A program made the translations under genes and the position numbers. This document shows, piece after piece, positions 13,913 to 28,527 of a stretch of DNA of 64,000 bases. This DNA is from Octopus vulgaris (taxonomy: Eukaryota), in NCBI GenBank assembly GCA_951406725.2, contig OX597837.1:7502001-7566000 (forward strand). Reading direction: 5' to 3'. The notes beneath the pieces are model-generated. The model was not told where the DNA came from. It ran no database searches and saw only the letters and a program-made list of their open reading frames with translations. Positions within the stretch are counted from its first letter, which is position 1. Each line of letters opens with the position of its first letter.

Positions 13913-14072
13913 CCACACACACATATATGTGCATGATCAGCAAGAGACCATGGAAGTTGGAAAAGTGTCAGCAAATAGTTGTAGTGCCAGTAAATAAATA
14001 GTTTCTATTTTGATTTTAAGCACTCTTTCCTCGTCACCAAATTCAAAACTCTGTGTGTGTGTGTGTGATTGT

Positions 14073-14107
<35 letters not shown>

Positions 14108-14270
14108 AGTAGCTTATAATTATTCTTATCCTGGATTTTCCCATGGGGCATCAGAAATTTAATGAAACAGCAGGAAATAAGAGAGGATGTGGGTGTCACA
14201 GTATTTGACATGGCCCATATATTAAGCTACATACACACACACACACTTGCAGTAGCAAGATGGCCTAGTT

Positions 14271-15033
14271 CAGTGGTTCCCAACTGTGGGTCCCAATCCT
14301 TTTATTAAAATTGGTTTACCCATGGACCCCTTTTAATATGCTTCATCCTGGTCCAACGACCCTCCATGTTTGTTTTCATTTGATTTCCTTGTATGTTTCC
14401 ACTGCCCTATTTTCGTTCCCAACTTTGACCCTCCATAAATCCCAAATTTTATTTTGGTATTTGTGGGAGCAACTGCCTTCGAAGCCTCATATTGTCGTTC
14501 AATGCTCGAAACAAGGAGTAGATAGGCAGCCGAACAACTGATGAAGGGTCATTCTTTATGTTACTTGTCCTGTTTTCCATTACCTTCTCTCGTTTGTGTC
14601 AAGCGATGTTGGGGGGACAAACACAAACGCACACATATATATATGCATATACATATATACAAGCTTCTTTCAGTTTCCGTCTACCAAATCCACTCACAAG
14701 GCTTTGGTCGGCCCAAGGCTATAGTAGAAGAAACTTGCCCAAGGTGCCATGCAGTGGGACTGAACCCGGAAACATGTGGTGAGTAAGCAAGCTACTTACC
14801 ACACAGCCACTCCTGTGTCTATAAAGTTTTTTAAAGTCTTGCAAAATCTAATATATTCCTTTTTTAGTTTTATACCATCTTACAAATATTTATTTTGCAA
14901 TAAAAACACTGTGGAGAGACTTTTTGAACACCCTGTAGAATAAATGTAAAAAATATGTACATTTTTCAAGGGTCCACACAACTAAAATAGGGTTTAAAGG
15001 GGTCTAGAGATAAGAAATGGTTAAGAACCAATT
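14271..15033. mobile_element. Degenerate hAT-like MITE with nested insertions
   Basis: CAGTGGTTCCCAAC left end; GGTTAAGAACCAATT degenerate right end. Confidence 0.4.
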
Positions 15034-15631
15034 TATAGTGGCAAAGGATGATAGTGGTGTAGGGAGTAATACAGTAGCTTATTACTAGAGTGGTCCCTAA
15101 CTGGAGAGGGGAGTATATGAGTATGGAGGGATCAGGGGAAAGAGAAGGGCTTGTGTGATATTAAGTGGATAGATCAGGGGATGAGTATAGACAGGTGTGA
15201 GGGGGAAAAAGGGAGGGAAGGGAGCAATATGCTGGAGTGAAGAGTGAAATGTATGAGGGGACAGGCCAAGGGGGGAAAGATGGGAAAGGATGTGGTGGTG
15301 TGGAAAGTGACAGTAAATAAGGGAGCAGAGAGGATGGTGACAGGGAGAAGAAAGGGATGCTGGAGGGAAACTTAGAGCTTGCGGGGTGGGGAGAAAATAT
15401 TTGTCTGTCCTTATATATACATATATACACACACACACATATATATATAATCTTAATATTATAAATGTTATTATCTCTCAGCCGACTGATGCATGTGTGT
15501 ATATGTATGTATGTATGTGAGTGTGTATGTGTGTATATACACATACACACATGTATACATGTTCATATATATGTGTGTATATATACATATATACATACAT
15601 ACACACACACACGTATACATGTTCATATATA

Positions 15632-15693
<62 letters not shown>

Positions 15694-15706
15694 TGTATAC
15701 ATGTTC

Positions 15707-15759
<53 letters not shown>

Positions 15760-17606
15760 TGCATAATTGTGTGTGTATAGATATGAATATACATACACAC
15801 ACACACACACATATATACATATATACGTGTGTGTGTGCAAGCATATTATACAACTATATATATGTGTGTGTGTGTGTACACATACATATCTAAATACACA
15901 CACATACATGTACTAAGATGGATGGATGGATAGATAGATAGACAGACAGACAGACGACTCTTTCTATGTAACCCTTCAAATGAGTTCGCGTGAACTCGCT
16001 CCGCTAGAAATAGCAGCCAATTTTTTCGTCAAACCCTACCCTCTTGCCATCACAACAACAACAGCAACAAAAACAAGTTGAACACGATAAACAATTCCTC
16101 CCTGTATAGATTATATTATATAACTGAAATAGATAATCTTAAAAAAGCAGGATGATCATAATTATTAAACCTTTGTTGATAAGTCTGCAGAATCACTTAA
16201 AAAGCTACGTTACGCCCAAGTCTTTTGAAAAGATTTCGGTTATTTTTGGTAAATTGGCGGGAAAAAACCTTAAAAGTCAGCAGATTTTCCATAATAATGG
16301 TAAATGCGATGGGTGTGGAATACACTGGAAATAGCGTTACATAACCTAATTAAATTCCTGTCTTGGAGAATACCATTATTTTATTTTAACTTGATGCTAT
16401 TTCGAGTTTCTTGAAGAATTTCTCAGTGAAATGGATTTCTTTGTTAAGTTAAGAAAATAGGCGGGGAAAAACTAAGGGAGGCAAACCAGAATTGAAGGTC
16501 TCCTATAGTTGCCTCCCTTGAAAAATGAAATTTTTTTTTTAGCTTTGTGCTGGTTTTTAACTTAAAATTATGGTATTTGAAATATTGATTTTAAACATGA
16601 CGGGCCATTAGGTGTGGGGAGGCACGGGCGTAGCTGTGTGGTGAGAAATTTGCTTCCCGACCACATGGTTCCGGGTTCAGTCCCAGTGCGTCGCAACTAG
16701 GGCAAGTGTCTTTTACTATGTTTGTGTGTATGTGGTTGTATGTGTTTGTCACCCCCCCCCCTTCACCACCATCGCTTGACAACCAGTGTTGGTGTGCTTA
16801 TGTCCCCATGAATGACAGCTCTGCAAAGAGACCGATAAAATAAGTCCCAGGCTTACAAAGAATAAGTCCTGGGGTCGATTTCTTCGACTACAAAAAAAAA
16901 CAAAACAAAAAATAATTTACAGCCGTGCTCCAGCATGGCCGCAGTCAAATGACTGAAACAAGTAAAAGAATAAAAGAAAACATTTTGCCCAGCTTCTTCG
17001 CGATCTTGCCAGCTCGTCTCCTGAACCCTCCGAATATTATTGACCCCTGCAAATTTTAACAGCCCCACCACCAGAGCTGTAGAGTCATGGATTTGGAATT
17101 GGAAACTATTAAGGGGGAGTCAGAGTCAGTAAAACCATATCGACTCTGACTGACTCACAATATCTTTATTCTTTAATATAAACCATTTATAACATATAGG
17201 CCTACTCAAAGTACAAGCGTGTGGCTGTGTGGTAAGTAGCCTGCTTGCCAACCACACGGTTCCGGGTTCAGTCCCACTGTGTGGCATCTTGGGCAAGTGT
17301 CTTCTACTATAGCCTCGGGCCGACCAAAGCCTTATGAGTGGATTTGGTAGACGGAAACTGAGAGAAGCCCGTCGTGTCTCTCTCTCTCTCTCTTCTCTTC
17401 CTATATATATATATATATATAAACAATAATAAATCTCTGAGCGAGGTATAAACAGTAACTGCTCTTTAATATAAGCGGGATCAGCCATCTGAATGTGGCT
17501 AGGGACAGGGCGGGGTGGTGGGGGTGTTACTGATGCATTTAGCCCCAGGCGACTATTGACGTCACCAGAAGAATTTTGGCCAACCCTGTATATATGAGTG
17601 TATGGA

Positions 17607-18338
17607 TCATAAATCCTTGAGTATAATCTGCATTTTTTCCCCAAAATTTAAAGGTCAAAATCCCTAGTGCATACTATATATACGAGATTAAAAATGAAAA
17701 TTATTTTCTAAGCAATGTCCGAGTCTCTATTTGCTGTCCGGCAATGTTTATTCAGACACATTTTGTGATGTCGGGCGCAAAAATACCTTAAGCTAAGCCT
17801 GAAAGCAATGAAGTCATAAAAGAATTATCCATAACTTGCAGTAAGCAACATTTATTAAACATTATTACTGTTATTTTTTTATTTTCTGCTAACAAAATAC
17901 ACAAAAAAGCTACACGTTTGCATTATGTTATATATACAATGATAATAAAGGACGTTACCGTATACATTTTTACAAACCAAGGACATTATATAGACCTCCT
18001 TGACTCAAGTTAGAGAAGGGGTGCGTATTATACACAAGGTTTAGATTTTTCAGAGGTACAGCCCCCTAAAAATCATTATTAAACATTATTACTGTTATTT
18101 TTTTATTTTCTGCTAACAAAATGCACAAAAAAGCTACACGTTTGCATTATGTTATATATACAATAATAATAAAGGACGTTACCGTATACATTTTTACAAA
18201 CCAAGGACGTTATATAGACCTCCTTGACTCAAGTTAGAAAAGGGGTGCGTATTATACACAAGGTTTTTCAGAGGCACAGCCCCCTAAAAATCCCCTGCTT
18301 ATTATACTCAAGGGCGGACTATATTCGAGGATTTACAG
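17607..18338. mobile_element. pogo/Tc2-like MITE with internal ~220-bp tandem duplication
   Basis: Ends TAAATCCTTGAGTATAATCTGC / GCGGACTATATTCGAGGATTTA; 17851-18072 repeated at 18075-18290. Confidence 0.6.
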
Positions 18339-19618
18339 TATATAGATAGACAGACAGATATACACACACACATATACACAAACACAAACATATAAAACCA
18401 CATTCTGTAAAGTGGTTGCTGTTAGAAAGGACATCCAGCCATAGAAACCATGCCAAAGCAGACAATTAGAGCCTGGTGCAGCTCTCCAGCCATGCCAGTT
18501 CCTGTGAAATTGTCCAACCCATGCCTGCATGCAAGATGGACATTAAATCATAGTGATGATGATGATGAAGAAGATGGTGACGATGATATATTATTAATTA
18601 ATTCGTTATCACGCTCAGAGAGAAATTAGTCGCATGGGAGAAATGGTAATACACTCGTTAAGAGTTAAAATGCAATTAGTTTCCTTATTTTGAATGCTTA
18701 ATTAAAAAAAAAATCTCACTGGATATTCAAATAAGCTTTTGATCCTCCTTGTCGGAATAAAGACCAATAAAACAGTAATGTATCATTAAATAAACTCTTC
18801 ATCCTCTTCACTAATGAAAATTAGCCTTGGGCCTCGTATAAAATCTAATTAAGATTCAAAACAAGGCCTTTGTGCGTATTTAAAATTAATGTGGTTGTGG
18901 ATAGCTTTGATAAAAGGGAAGCGCAAGCTACCAGCGGAATAAGGGCTGCAATGCTCAATGAGTTGATTATGGGGTTAAGATATATATTTAGATATTTATG
19001 TAATTGTTACTTAACCCTTTCATTGCCGTATTTATTTTGAGATTTTTGAGATGCTCTGTGTTTCTTTCAATTAATTTTAAGTATAACAAAGAATTTAGTA
19101 AAATAACTTAGTTATCATTAAAGCCAGTGCTAGGAACATAAATTGTGACAAAGGTTTGGTGGAAGATTTTAATTGAAAACTTATGAAAACAAGACATTTG
19201 TACAACAGAGCCAGAATCGATAGCTTTGATAAAAGGGAAACACAAGCTACCAGCGGAATAAGGGCTGAAAGCCTCAATGTGCTGATTATGGGGTTAAGAT
19301 ATATATTTAGATATTTATGTAACTGTTGCTTTACCCTTTCGTTGCCGTATTTATTTTGGGATGCTCTGTGTTTCTTTCAATTAATTTTAAATATAACAAA
19401 GAATTTAGTAAAATGGCTTAGTTAAATTCATAAGAAAGACCATTCCATGTTTTAGGGGACAGACTTAATACTGACATCCTTGGTTCTCCTTCACCTGACC
19501 AAGGTTTTCTCATAAATTTCCTTTAAGGGCCCATACTTGTTTTCAGAGTTTTAGCTGGTCCTTGTTTCATAATTCTGTGTAATATAAAGCTTTTCTAAGT
19601 CCCAAGAAACTCTGGTGC

Positions 19619-19849
19619 TCAACCCTTTTGTTACCATATTTTTGTTGAGATGCTCTGAGTTTCTTTCAATTGATTTTAAATATAACAAAGAATTTAGTAA
19701 AATAACTTAGTTATCATTAAAGCTAATGTTAGGAACATAAATTGTGACTAAGGCTTGGTGGAAGATTTTAATTCAAAACTTATGGAAACATGACATTTGT
19801 ACTACAGAGCCAGAGGTGGCTTCGGCCAGGTTGGTATTGAAAGGGTTAA
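19619..19849. mobile_element. piggyBac-like MITE, same family (partial copies at 19011-19215, 19331-19423; SINE-interrupted copy at 47951-48595)
   Basis: Same internal sequence, with CCCTTT/AAAGGG-TTAA ends. Confidence 0.7.
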
Positions 19850-21108
19850 TCTTATAAAATACACTTGGTCATTGGGATATCATAGAAAGAACCATTTTCG
19901 CAAAAGCTTATTCCACATTCTAAACTATATCCTAAGGAAGAATTTGGTTTGAATGAGTAAAGAGACATTTGTTCTATACTTGGGTTGACAAGCAATCATT
20001 GTCAAATTACTAAGCAATCAAGTAACTTAGCAATCATCATAAGACATGCAAACAGCCAAATAGTCATCCCTAAACAACCAATCACCATCAAACAATCACT
20101 GTCAAACATCTAAATAGTCACCAAATATTTAAACAATCAAGCAATCACCATCAAACAACTTGTTTCAAACAATCACTATCAAATGCCCGAATAATCACCA
20201 AGCAATCATAATTAAGTATCCAAACAATCGAGCAATCACCATCAAACAACTAACATCAAAGAACCAACCAATCACCATCGAATATACAGACAATCACCAC
20301 CAATCAACCAATCACCATCAAACAACCAATCACCAACAGATACCTATAGTATAACAGGCAGCGAGCTGGCAGAAACATTAGCACGCCAAGCGAAATGCTT
20401 TGTGGTGTTTCATCTACCGTTATGTTCTGAGTTCAAATTCCGCCTAGGTCGACTTTGCCTTTCATCCTTTCGGGGTCGTTTAAATAAGTACCAGTTACAC
20501 ACTGGGGTCAATATAATCAACTTAATCCATTTGTCTCTCTTTGTTTGTCCTCTCTATGCTTAGCCCCTTGTGGGTAGTAAAGAAATAGATACATATAGTA
20601 ATCAGATGTCTCGTTAGCTAAACAGAAATGTTAAGGTAGATGGTCCACAGGAGAACTTCGTTAGGTCGTTAGCTGGAGTACGTAAGTAATAGGTAAATAG
20701 ATAAGTAAGGTAGACAGGAAAGTAAGGTAAATATGTAGGTGAACCTCATTAGCTAAAACATATGAGACAGATATGTACATAGGTGGGACATTGCCATCAA
20801 GAGATCAGGTAAGTAGGGGAACCTCGTTAGGCCAGTATGAGGTCAGCATTTAACGATACTAATCCAATACAAACTTTCTTGAAAACACACCAAAACACAA
20901 CACAATCATAGAGTATTTTTTTTTTGTAACAGGTAAATCTATACAGGTGTGTATTAGATATCTGGGTAGGTATTTATATAGGTTCCTTTACAGACACTGG
21001 TGTAGATGTTATGGGGTTTCATGTATGGTACTGAGCAAGGGTTGATTAGGGCCCTTACATGAAACCTAGCTGCTTAAAATCTTAAGGTTAGGTTGAAACA
21101 TGACTTAC

Positions 21109-21171
21109 CAGCTTTTACTGAGTGATTTAAGGATGTAAAGGTAAAAGGATAAACCGTCTGAATTGACTTAC
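21109..21171 (-). other. 63-nt exon starting with a reconstituted donor (recursive splice site / RS-exon)
   Basis: Minus strand: ccttttttctcttttcacag-type pyrimidine tract, AG|GTAAGTCA, 63 nt, then GCTG|GTAAGTCA. Open only in phase 1-1 (KSIQTVYPFTFTSLNHSVKA). Confidence 0.65.
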
Positions 21172-21515
21172 CTGTGAAAAGAGAAAAAGGAATATTGTTA
21201 GAGGAAAATGTTTAAAAAATAAGAGAGAGAAAGAGAGAGAGAGAGAGAGAGGTGGTTGAGGGAGGAGTGTGGTAGACATATGGTGAGAGAAGGGAAATGG
21301 GAATAGAGAGATAGAGATAGAGGCAGATGGATAGAGGGAAAGAGAGAGAGAAGTAGATAATTGGATGGATGGATGGATGGGTGGGTGGGTGGGTGGAAAC
21401 AGAAAGAGCAGAAGAGAGAAGATAAGAACAAAAAATAATTTACATGAAATAAGACAGAGTGAGGATGAGACACACAGACATATATATATATACACACATG
21501 CAAACATATATACAC

Positions 21516-21556
<41 letters not shown>

Positions 21557-24118
21557 TGAGAGAGAGAGAGAGAGAGACAATGAGAGAAAGAGAAAGAGAG
21601 AGAGAGAAAGAGAGAGAGACAATGAGAGAGAAAGAGAGAGAGAGAAAAAAGAACATACATAGAGAAAAAAATCAATTTATTACATACATATATAAAGAGA
21701 GGGGGAGAGGGTGTGACAATAATACTGTAAAAAAGAGAGAGAGAGAGAGAGAGAGAGACATTGAGAAAAGAAAGAAAGAAAGAAAGAGAAACAGAGAGAA
21801 CATAAGAAAAACAACAACAAATTAATAAAAGATAAATTTTGAAATAATTTCTTAAAGAATTTCATGAAATCTGAAATATATTTAATAATTAATTATTATT
21901 ATAATTAATTATTATTATCAGAGACCAATGAAGCAAAATGGATTGAATATTTTATTATTAATGACAGAATCATTAAATGGTCAGACAAATTAATTGTCTT
22001 GGGGTATTTGATTTTTGGTATTTTATTTTCTGGGTTCCAGTTCCGTCGAGGTCGACTTTGATTTTTATCCTTTTGGGGTCAATAAAATAAGTACCAGTTG
22101 AACAACAGGGTCGATGTATACGACTGGCCCCGCTGCTAAAAAATTTCAGGCCTTCTGCCTTTGATAGAAATCATCATCATTATTATTATTGTTGTTGTTG
22201 TTATTATTACTATTATTATTAAAGCAGTGTGCTGGCAGACCCGTTAGCATGCCGGACGAAATGGGTAGCCGTATTTCGTCTGTCGTTACATTCTGAGTTC
22301 AAATTCCGTCGAGATTGACTTTGCCTTTCATCCTTTCGGGGTCGATAAATTAAGTACCAGTTATGCACTGGGGTCGATATAATTGACTTAATCCGTTTGT
22401 CAGTCCTTGTTTGTCCTCTCTGTGTTTAGCCCCTTGTGGGTAGTAAAGAAACAGGTATTTCTCATCACTATGTTCTGAGTTCAATTTCCGCCGAGGTTGA
22501 CTTTGCCTTTTGTCCTCGATGAAATAAGTATCAGTTATACACTGGGGTAAATGAAATCGACTATCCCTCCCCCAAATTGCAGGCCTTATGCCTATAGTAG
22601 AAAGGACTATTATTATTATTATTATTATTATTATAATATATGTTTATATATATATGCCAATGCTGCCATGAGCAATACTTTCTCTCCATAAGCACAGGCA
22701 TGGCTGTGTTGTAAGACTGTTTGCTTCACAACCACGTGGTTCCAGGTTCAGTCCCCCTGCGTGGCATCTTGGGCAAGTGTTTTCTACTATAGCCTTGGGC
22801 CGACCAAAGCCTTGTGAGTGGATCTGGTAGATGGAAACTGAAAGAAGCCCGTCGTGTGTGTGTGCGTGCATGTATGTATGTATGTGTATCTATCTGTGTG
22901 TGTTTGCTCCCCTACACCACGACATCATCATCATCACAACTCATGATAAAAAAACATAACTGTTATGAGTCAACTAGGAAGTCTCTATATGCAGAGTACT
23001 AGCTGCCAGAAATAGCAGCCAAATCTCCCTCAGATTGCACACTACAATCTACAATGAAAATATAAAAAAAAACAGAATCACAGTACACATTACATAATAT
23101 AGTCTGGACACACACACAGGATTGTCACAATTGGAATGTCGTTCATGACATCTGCCAAATCAAAGTGGCCTAGTGTTAAACACCAACTGGTTTATAAGCA
23201 ATGTCTCAATTTGTGTATGTGTGGCAGGGCAGGGGAAGGCAAATTTGATCATACTGGGCCCCCAACAGGTGACTGGTACTTTATTTTATCAAATCCTGAG
23301 AGGCTGAAAAAATATGAAAAAAAAAAAAAACAAGATAAAGTTGGCAGGATTTGAACTCGGAACCAAAAGCACCGTGACCATGGTGATGGATTAAAGGAAT
23401 TGCCAAAGGACCAGAACACAATGCCTTGCGCTGTAACATAGTTACCACACTCACCACCACCACTACTACTACCACTACTACTATTATTAATTCAAATATT
23501 GCTGACACAGCTACTAACCATCACCACTACCACCACCACCACCACCACCACCACCCTTACTAATATCACTAATTCTGCTGCTGCTGCTACTACTACTACT
23601 ACAACTACCATTAATATTATTATTGCTGTGGTTACTACTACCACTGTTGATATATTTAATCAATACAACCACTAAACACTAGCAACTTTATTTTTAGGGT
23701 ATATATATATTATTTGTGTATACAGACTCTAAACGTGTGTGCGTGTATATATATATATATATACATATATGTATGTAAACACATATTTTCATCATACACA
23801 CATGCCTATACATATATATATGTAAGTATATATGTATATTCATATACATATATACTTACATGTAAATGTACATACATATACATTAGACACATATATATAC
23901 ACATATACATGCACACACACATATACATACACACACAAACTAATATATACATACAAACATAGAAATATATTCACACACACATATATATACATACACACAT
24001 ATACATACACGCATACATATATTCACATGTATACAGAGACACACACATCTATACACACACACATATATATATATATACATACACACATTCATATATAGAT
24101 ACACACATACACAGAAAC

Positions 24119-24150
<32 letters not shown>

Positions 24151-24884
24151 CATACACACACACACATATCTAACTTAAGTGACTGTAAAGAAATATAAAT
24201 GATAAGAGATAGGAAAAACAACACCTAAACACAATAATAATATCCAAGCTCCCTCACACTGATAGAGATGCACATCTATGAATGGGACTAAGCAGAGGGG
24301 GAGAGGAAGAAGAGAAAGACATAGAGAGCGAGGGAGAGGAAGAAGAGGAGAGAGGGAGAGAGAAAGACAGATATATCTACATGTCTTTCTCTTTCTTCTA
24401 TCTCTCTGTCTGTCTCTTTCTCTCTCCCTCTCTATATCTGTCTTTCTTTTCTTCCGCTCTTCCCCTCCAGGAGAGGAAGACGAAAAAGACAGATAGAGAG
24501 AGGACGAGAGAAAGAGAGGAAGAGAAAGACAGATATAGAGGAGAGAGGAGGAGAGAGAGAGGAGGAGAGAGAGAGGAGGAGAGAGAGAGGAAGAAATAAA
24601 AGACAGATAGAGAGAGGGAGAGAGAAGAGAAAGACATATATATATATATAGAGAGAGAGAAGAGAAAGACATATATAGAGAGGGAGAGAGAAAGAGACAG
24701 ACAGACAGAGGAAGAAGAGAAAGATATTGATGTAGAGAGGGAAAGATGTTTAGATATAAAAATGAAGAGAGAGACAGAGAGAGATAGAGATGATGATGAT
24801 GATGATGATCCTAAATTGGTGGGAGGGAAACATCAAATTAAGGAAAACACTCATCATGACAACAGGAGCAGTAAGAATAACAAA

Positions 24885-25165
24885 TAGAAGAAGGAGGAGG
24901 AGAAGAAGAAGAAGAAGAAGAAGAAGTAGAAGAAGAAGAAGAAGAAGAAGAAGAAGAAGAAGAAGAAAAGGAAGAAGGGGAAGAAGAAGAAGAAGAAGAA
25001 GAAGAAGAAGGAGAGGAAGGAAGAAGAAGAAGAAGAAGAAGAAGAAGAAGAAGAAGAAGAAGAAGAAGAAGAAGAAGAAAAGGAAGAAGAAGAAGAAGGA
25101 GAGGAAGGAGAAGAAGAAGGAGAGGAAGGAGAAGAAGAGGAAGGGGAAGAAGAAGAAGATGAAGA
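24885..25165. repeat. (GAA/GGA)n polypurine tract
   Basis: About 280 nt almost purely A/G. Confidence 0.9.
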
Positions 25166-26324
25166 GATGCATATAACCATGGCAGAATAGGAAGGCAGGC
25201 GTGAACACAGAAATTTGGCAATCGTTTATTATGGGTGGGTGGGGTGGATTTCCCGGGGAGGGTGGCATGGGTGGAGGGACGACGAGGCGGGGTGGGGGGG
25301 GTAAGGGTGGTAGGCATGGCAGCCATAGAGGAGAGCTGGACAGGCAGCAAGGCAGTCAGCAAGGGAGAGTTGGACAGTGGTGAGGACAGGGTTGGGGTCG
25401 GGGGGGTAGAGTGGGTTGGGGGGGAAGCAGGGGGAGGGGGTGCAGCAGTGTTTGTTGATCCTTCCTTCTTATCAATGATAATCAATAGATTTAGATGGAG
25501 GATGTGAGGGGGTGGCCATGGGACGGAAACGACTAGAGGAATAAGGGTTAGGGTTAGCGTTAGCCAGCCGTGTGTGTGTGTGTGTGTATGTGTGTGTGTA
25601 TACGTGTATGTGTGTGCGTGTATGTGTGTATGTATGTGTGTGCATGTGTGTGTATGTGTGTGTGTGTGCGTGTAAGTGTGTGTGCGTGTGTGTATGTGTG
25701 TATGTGTGTGTGTGTGTGCGCGCGGGCAGAGTATTGGAATGGACAATCCCAGAATGCATTGCAAATATAAAACAAACAAACAACAACAAAAACACACACA
25801 CACACACACACACAAAACAAAACAGGAAAAACAGACTGATGATCCGATGGGAAACTGGGTGAGAGGGGGGGGGGGCGTTGGATATAGAAAGAAGGAAGAA
25901 AGGAAGTGAAAGAAGAGGAAAGAGAAGGGGGGAAGGCAGAGAGGTAGTGTTGGTGTGTGGATGTAGGTGTGGGGGGGGGTGGGGGCGGTCTGTTTAATCA
26001 TCTTAGGATCGATTGATCCTTCTTCTCAGTTCTTACTATATATCTATATCTACAGTCCCAGGAGGGGTTGGAGTGGGAATGAGAAACCACAGTAACTCTC
26101 CTCTTTACCTCCCTCTCATACTCATATGCTTATATATATATATATACATACTTACATATATATATATATATATACATACATATATACATATATATATATA
26201 TACATACATATATATATATATACATACATATATACATATATATATATATACATACATATATATATATATACATACATATATACATATATATATATATACA
26301 TACATATATACATATATATATATA

Positions 26325-26372
<48 letters not shown>

Positions 26373-26456
26373 CACACACCGCACAAACATAATCATACTT
26401 TAGGAATTTGTAGATATGTGTCATTTTATTTATTTAGATTATATATATATACACAT

Positions 26457-26499
<43 letters not shown>

Positions 26500-26629
26500 G
26501 AAACATGTATATACATATATACATATATATAAATATATATATATATATACACATAGAAACATGTATATACATATATACATGTATATAAATATATATATAT
26601 ATGTGTGTGTGTATGTATGTGTATATACA

Positions 26630-26672
<43 letters not shown>

Positions 26673-27525
26673 TAAATATATGTATATATATATATATATA
26701 TATTACATACATACATGTACATACACATATATTTTATATGCACACATACATGTGTATGTGTGCGTGTGTGTGTGTAGCAATATCCAAACAATAACTTTTG
26801 CTGCTTTAGAGGTTTTCTCTGTAAACCAATCATTGGTTCACTGCAGTTCTGATGGTAGCAAGACTGTTATGGGATTGTCTGCAACTTGGTTAACTAAATC
26901 TAAAAAGAAGTTCTTTTATTTTTTTTCAAATTTTTACATATATTTTCATTAGCTTTGTTATTTCTTTTCGCCTACATTTACGACCTTCTCCAGAACAAAA
27001 CAAAACACACATACACACACATGCATACATACATATATACACTCGGATATACCAAGCAGATATTGGTAAAGGGGGTGGGGTTTAGAAAAAGCATGAAACC
27101 ATAAAAACTATGCTGAAATGAAGCATGGGAGTAAAGGTGGAGCTGACCCATCTTGGAGGAGAGCAACCTGAAATAGGAACTGACTCCAATTGTAGCAACT
27201 CATCTGACCCAAGCCAACATGGAAAGTAGACATAAATATGGAAATATATATACATATATTTATACATATATAAACATGCATATATACATATATATACATA
27301 TATAAACATGCATATATATACATACATATATACATATATATATATACATCCATACATATATCCATACATATATATATATATACGCATATATACACATATA
27401 CATACATATATATATATACACATATACATACATATATATATATACACATATACATACATATATATATATACACATATACATACATATATATATATACACA
27501 TATACATACATATATATATATACAC

Positions 27526-27572
<47 letters not shown>

Positions 27573-28181
27573 TATATATACATACATATATACATATATA
27601 AATACATACATATATACACATACACACACACACATACATACATACATACATACATCCATACATACATATATATATTTATGTATAGATATATATTTATATA
27701 TATATAAATATATATTAGAGGGTGCAAGTAGTATTTGAGGACATTAAATAATCAGCATATTATTCTCTTCAAACCAATTAAAAACTTAATTTCTTTCAGA
27801 TCTTCTGCCACAGATAAAATGCTAACACAAGAACGGAAAAGACAAGCAGTCATTGTTGCCATTTGTGCAGAAAACACCAATTTAGCACACAGAGATTAAT
27901 CAGATTTGGAAGTCTTTGGCAGGAATATTTCTATTGCATCAAGAAGAGAAAATAATTCTAAACCTTTGTGCACTATAAGGACCTGGCAATTCATCCAACT
28001 TATTTAAAACATTATTGATATCCCTGGAAAGTCAATGAGGGCCATTGTTAAAGAACCTCAGGTGCTTGAGTGGAATTTCAGAACTGTGGTATTCAAGGAC
28101 ATTTGATATAAGTTATATGTACTAAGAAGAAGCCAAATGATGTCTGCAAAGAACCAGGAAATCATTTGGTCCGTACCAAGG

Positions 28182-28412
28182 CTAACCCTTTCGTTACTGT
28201 ATTTATTTTGAGATGTTCTGTGTTTCTTTCAATTACTTTAAATATAATAAAGAATTTAGTAAAATGACTTAGTTATCCTTAAGCTAGTGTTAGGAACATA
28301 AATTATGACTAAGGTTTGGTGGAAGATTTTAATTCAAAACTTATGAAAACAAGCCATTTGTACTACAGAGAGCCAGAGGCAGTTTCAGCTGGGTTGGTAA
28401 CAAAAGGGTTAA
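28182..28412. mobile_element. Non-autonomous piggyBac-like MITE (~225 bp)
   Basis: cTAA|CCCTTTCGTTAC ... GTAACAAAAGGG|TTAA terminal inverted repeats with TTAA-type target. Confidence 0.75.
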
Positions 28413-28527
28413 AAGGGTCAGGGTGTAGGAGGCATGATCAAAAGATTGTGGTTTCAGCCGGGTTGGTATCAAAAAGGCTAAACTTCTGCAAAGCATATTT
28501 TTCATGAAACAATACAAGCCATGTGTT

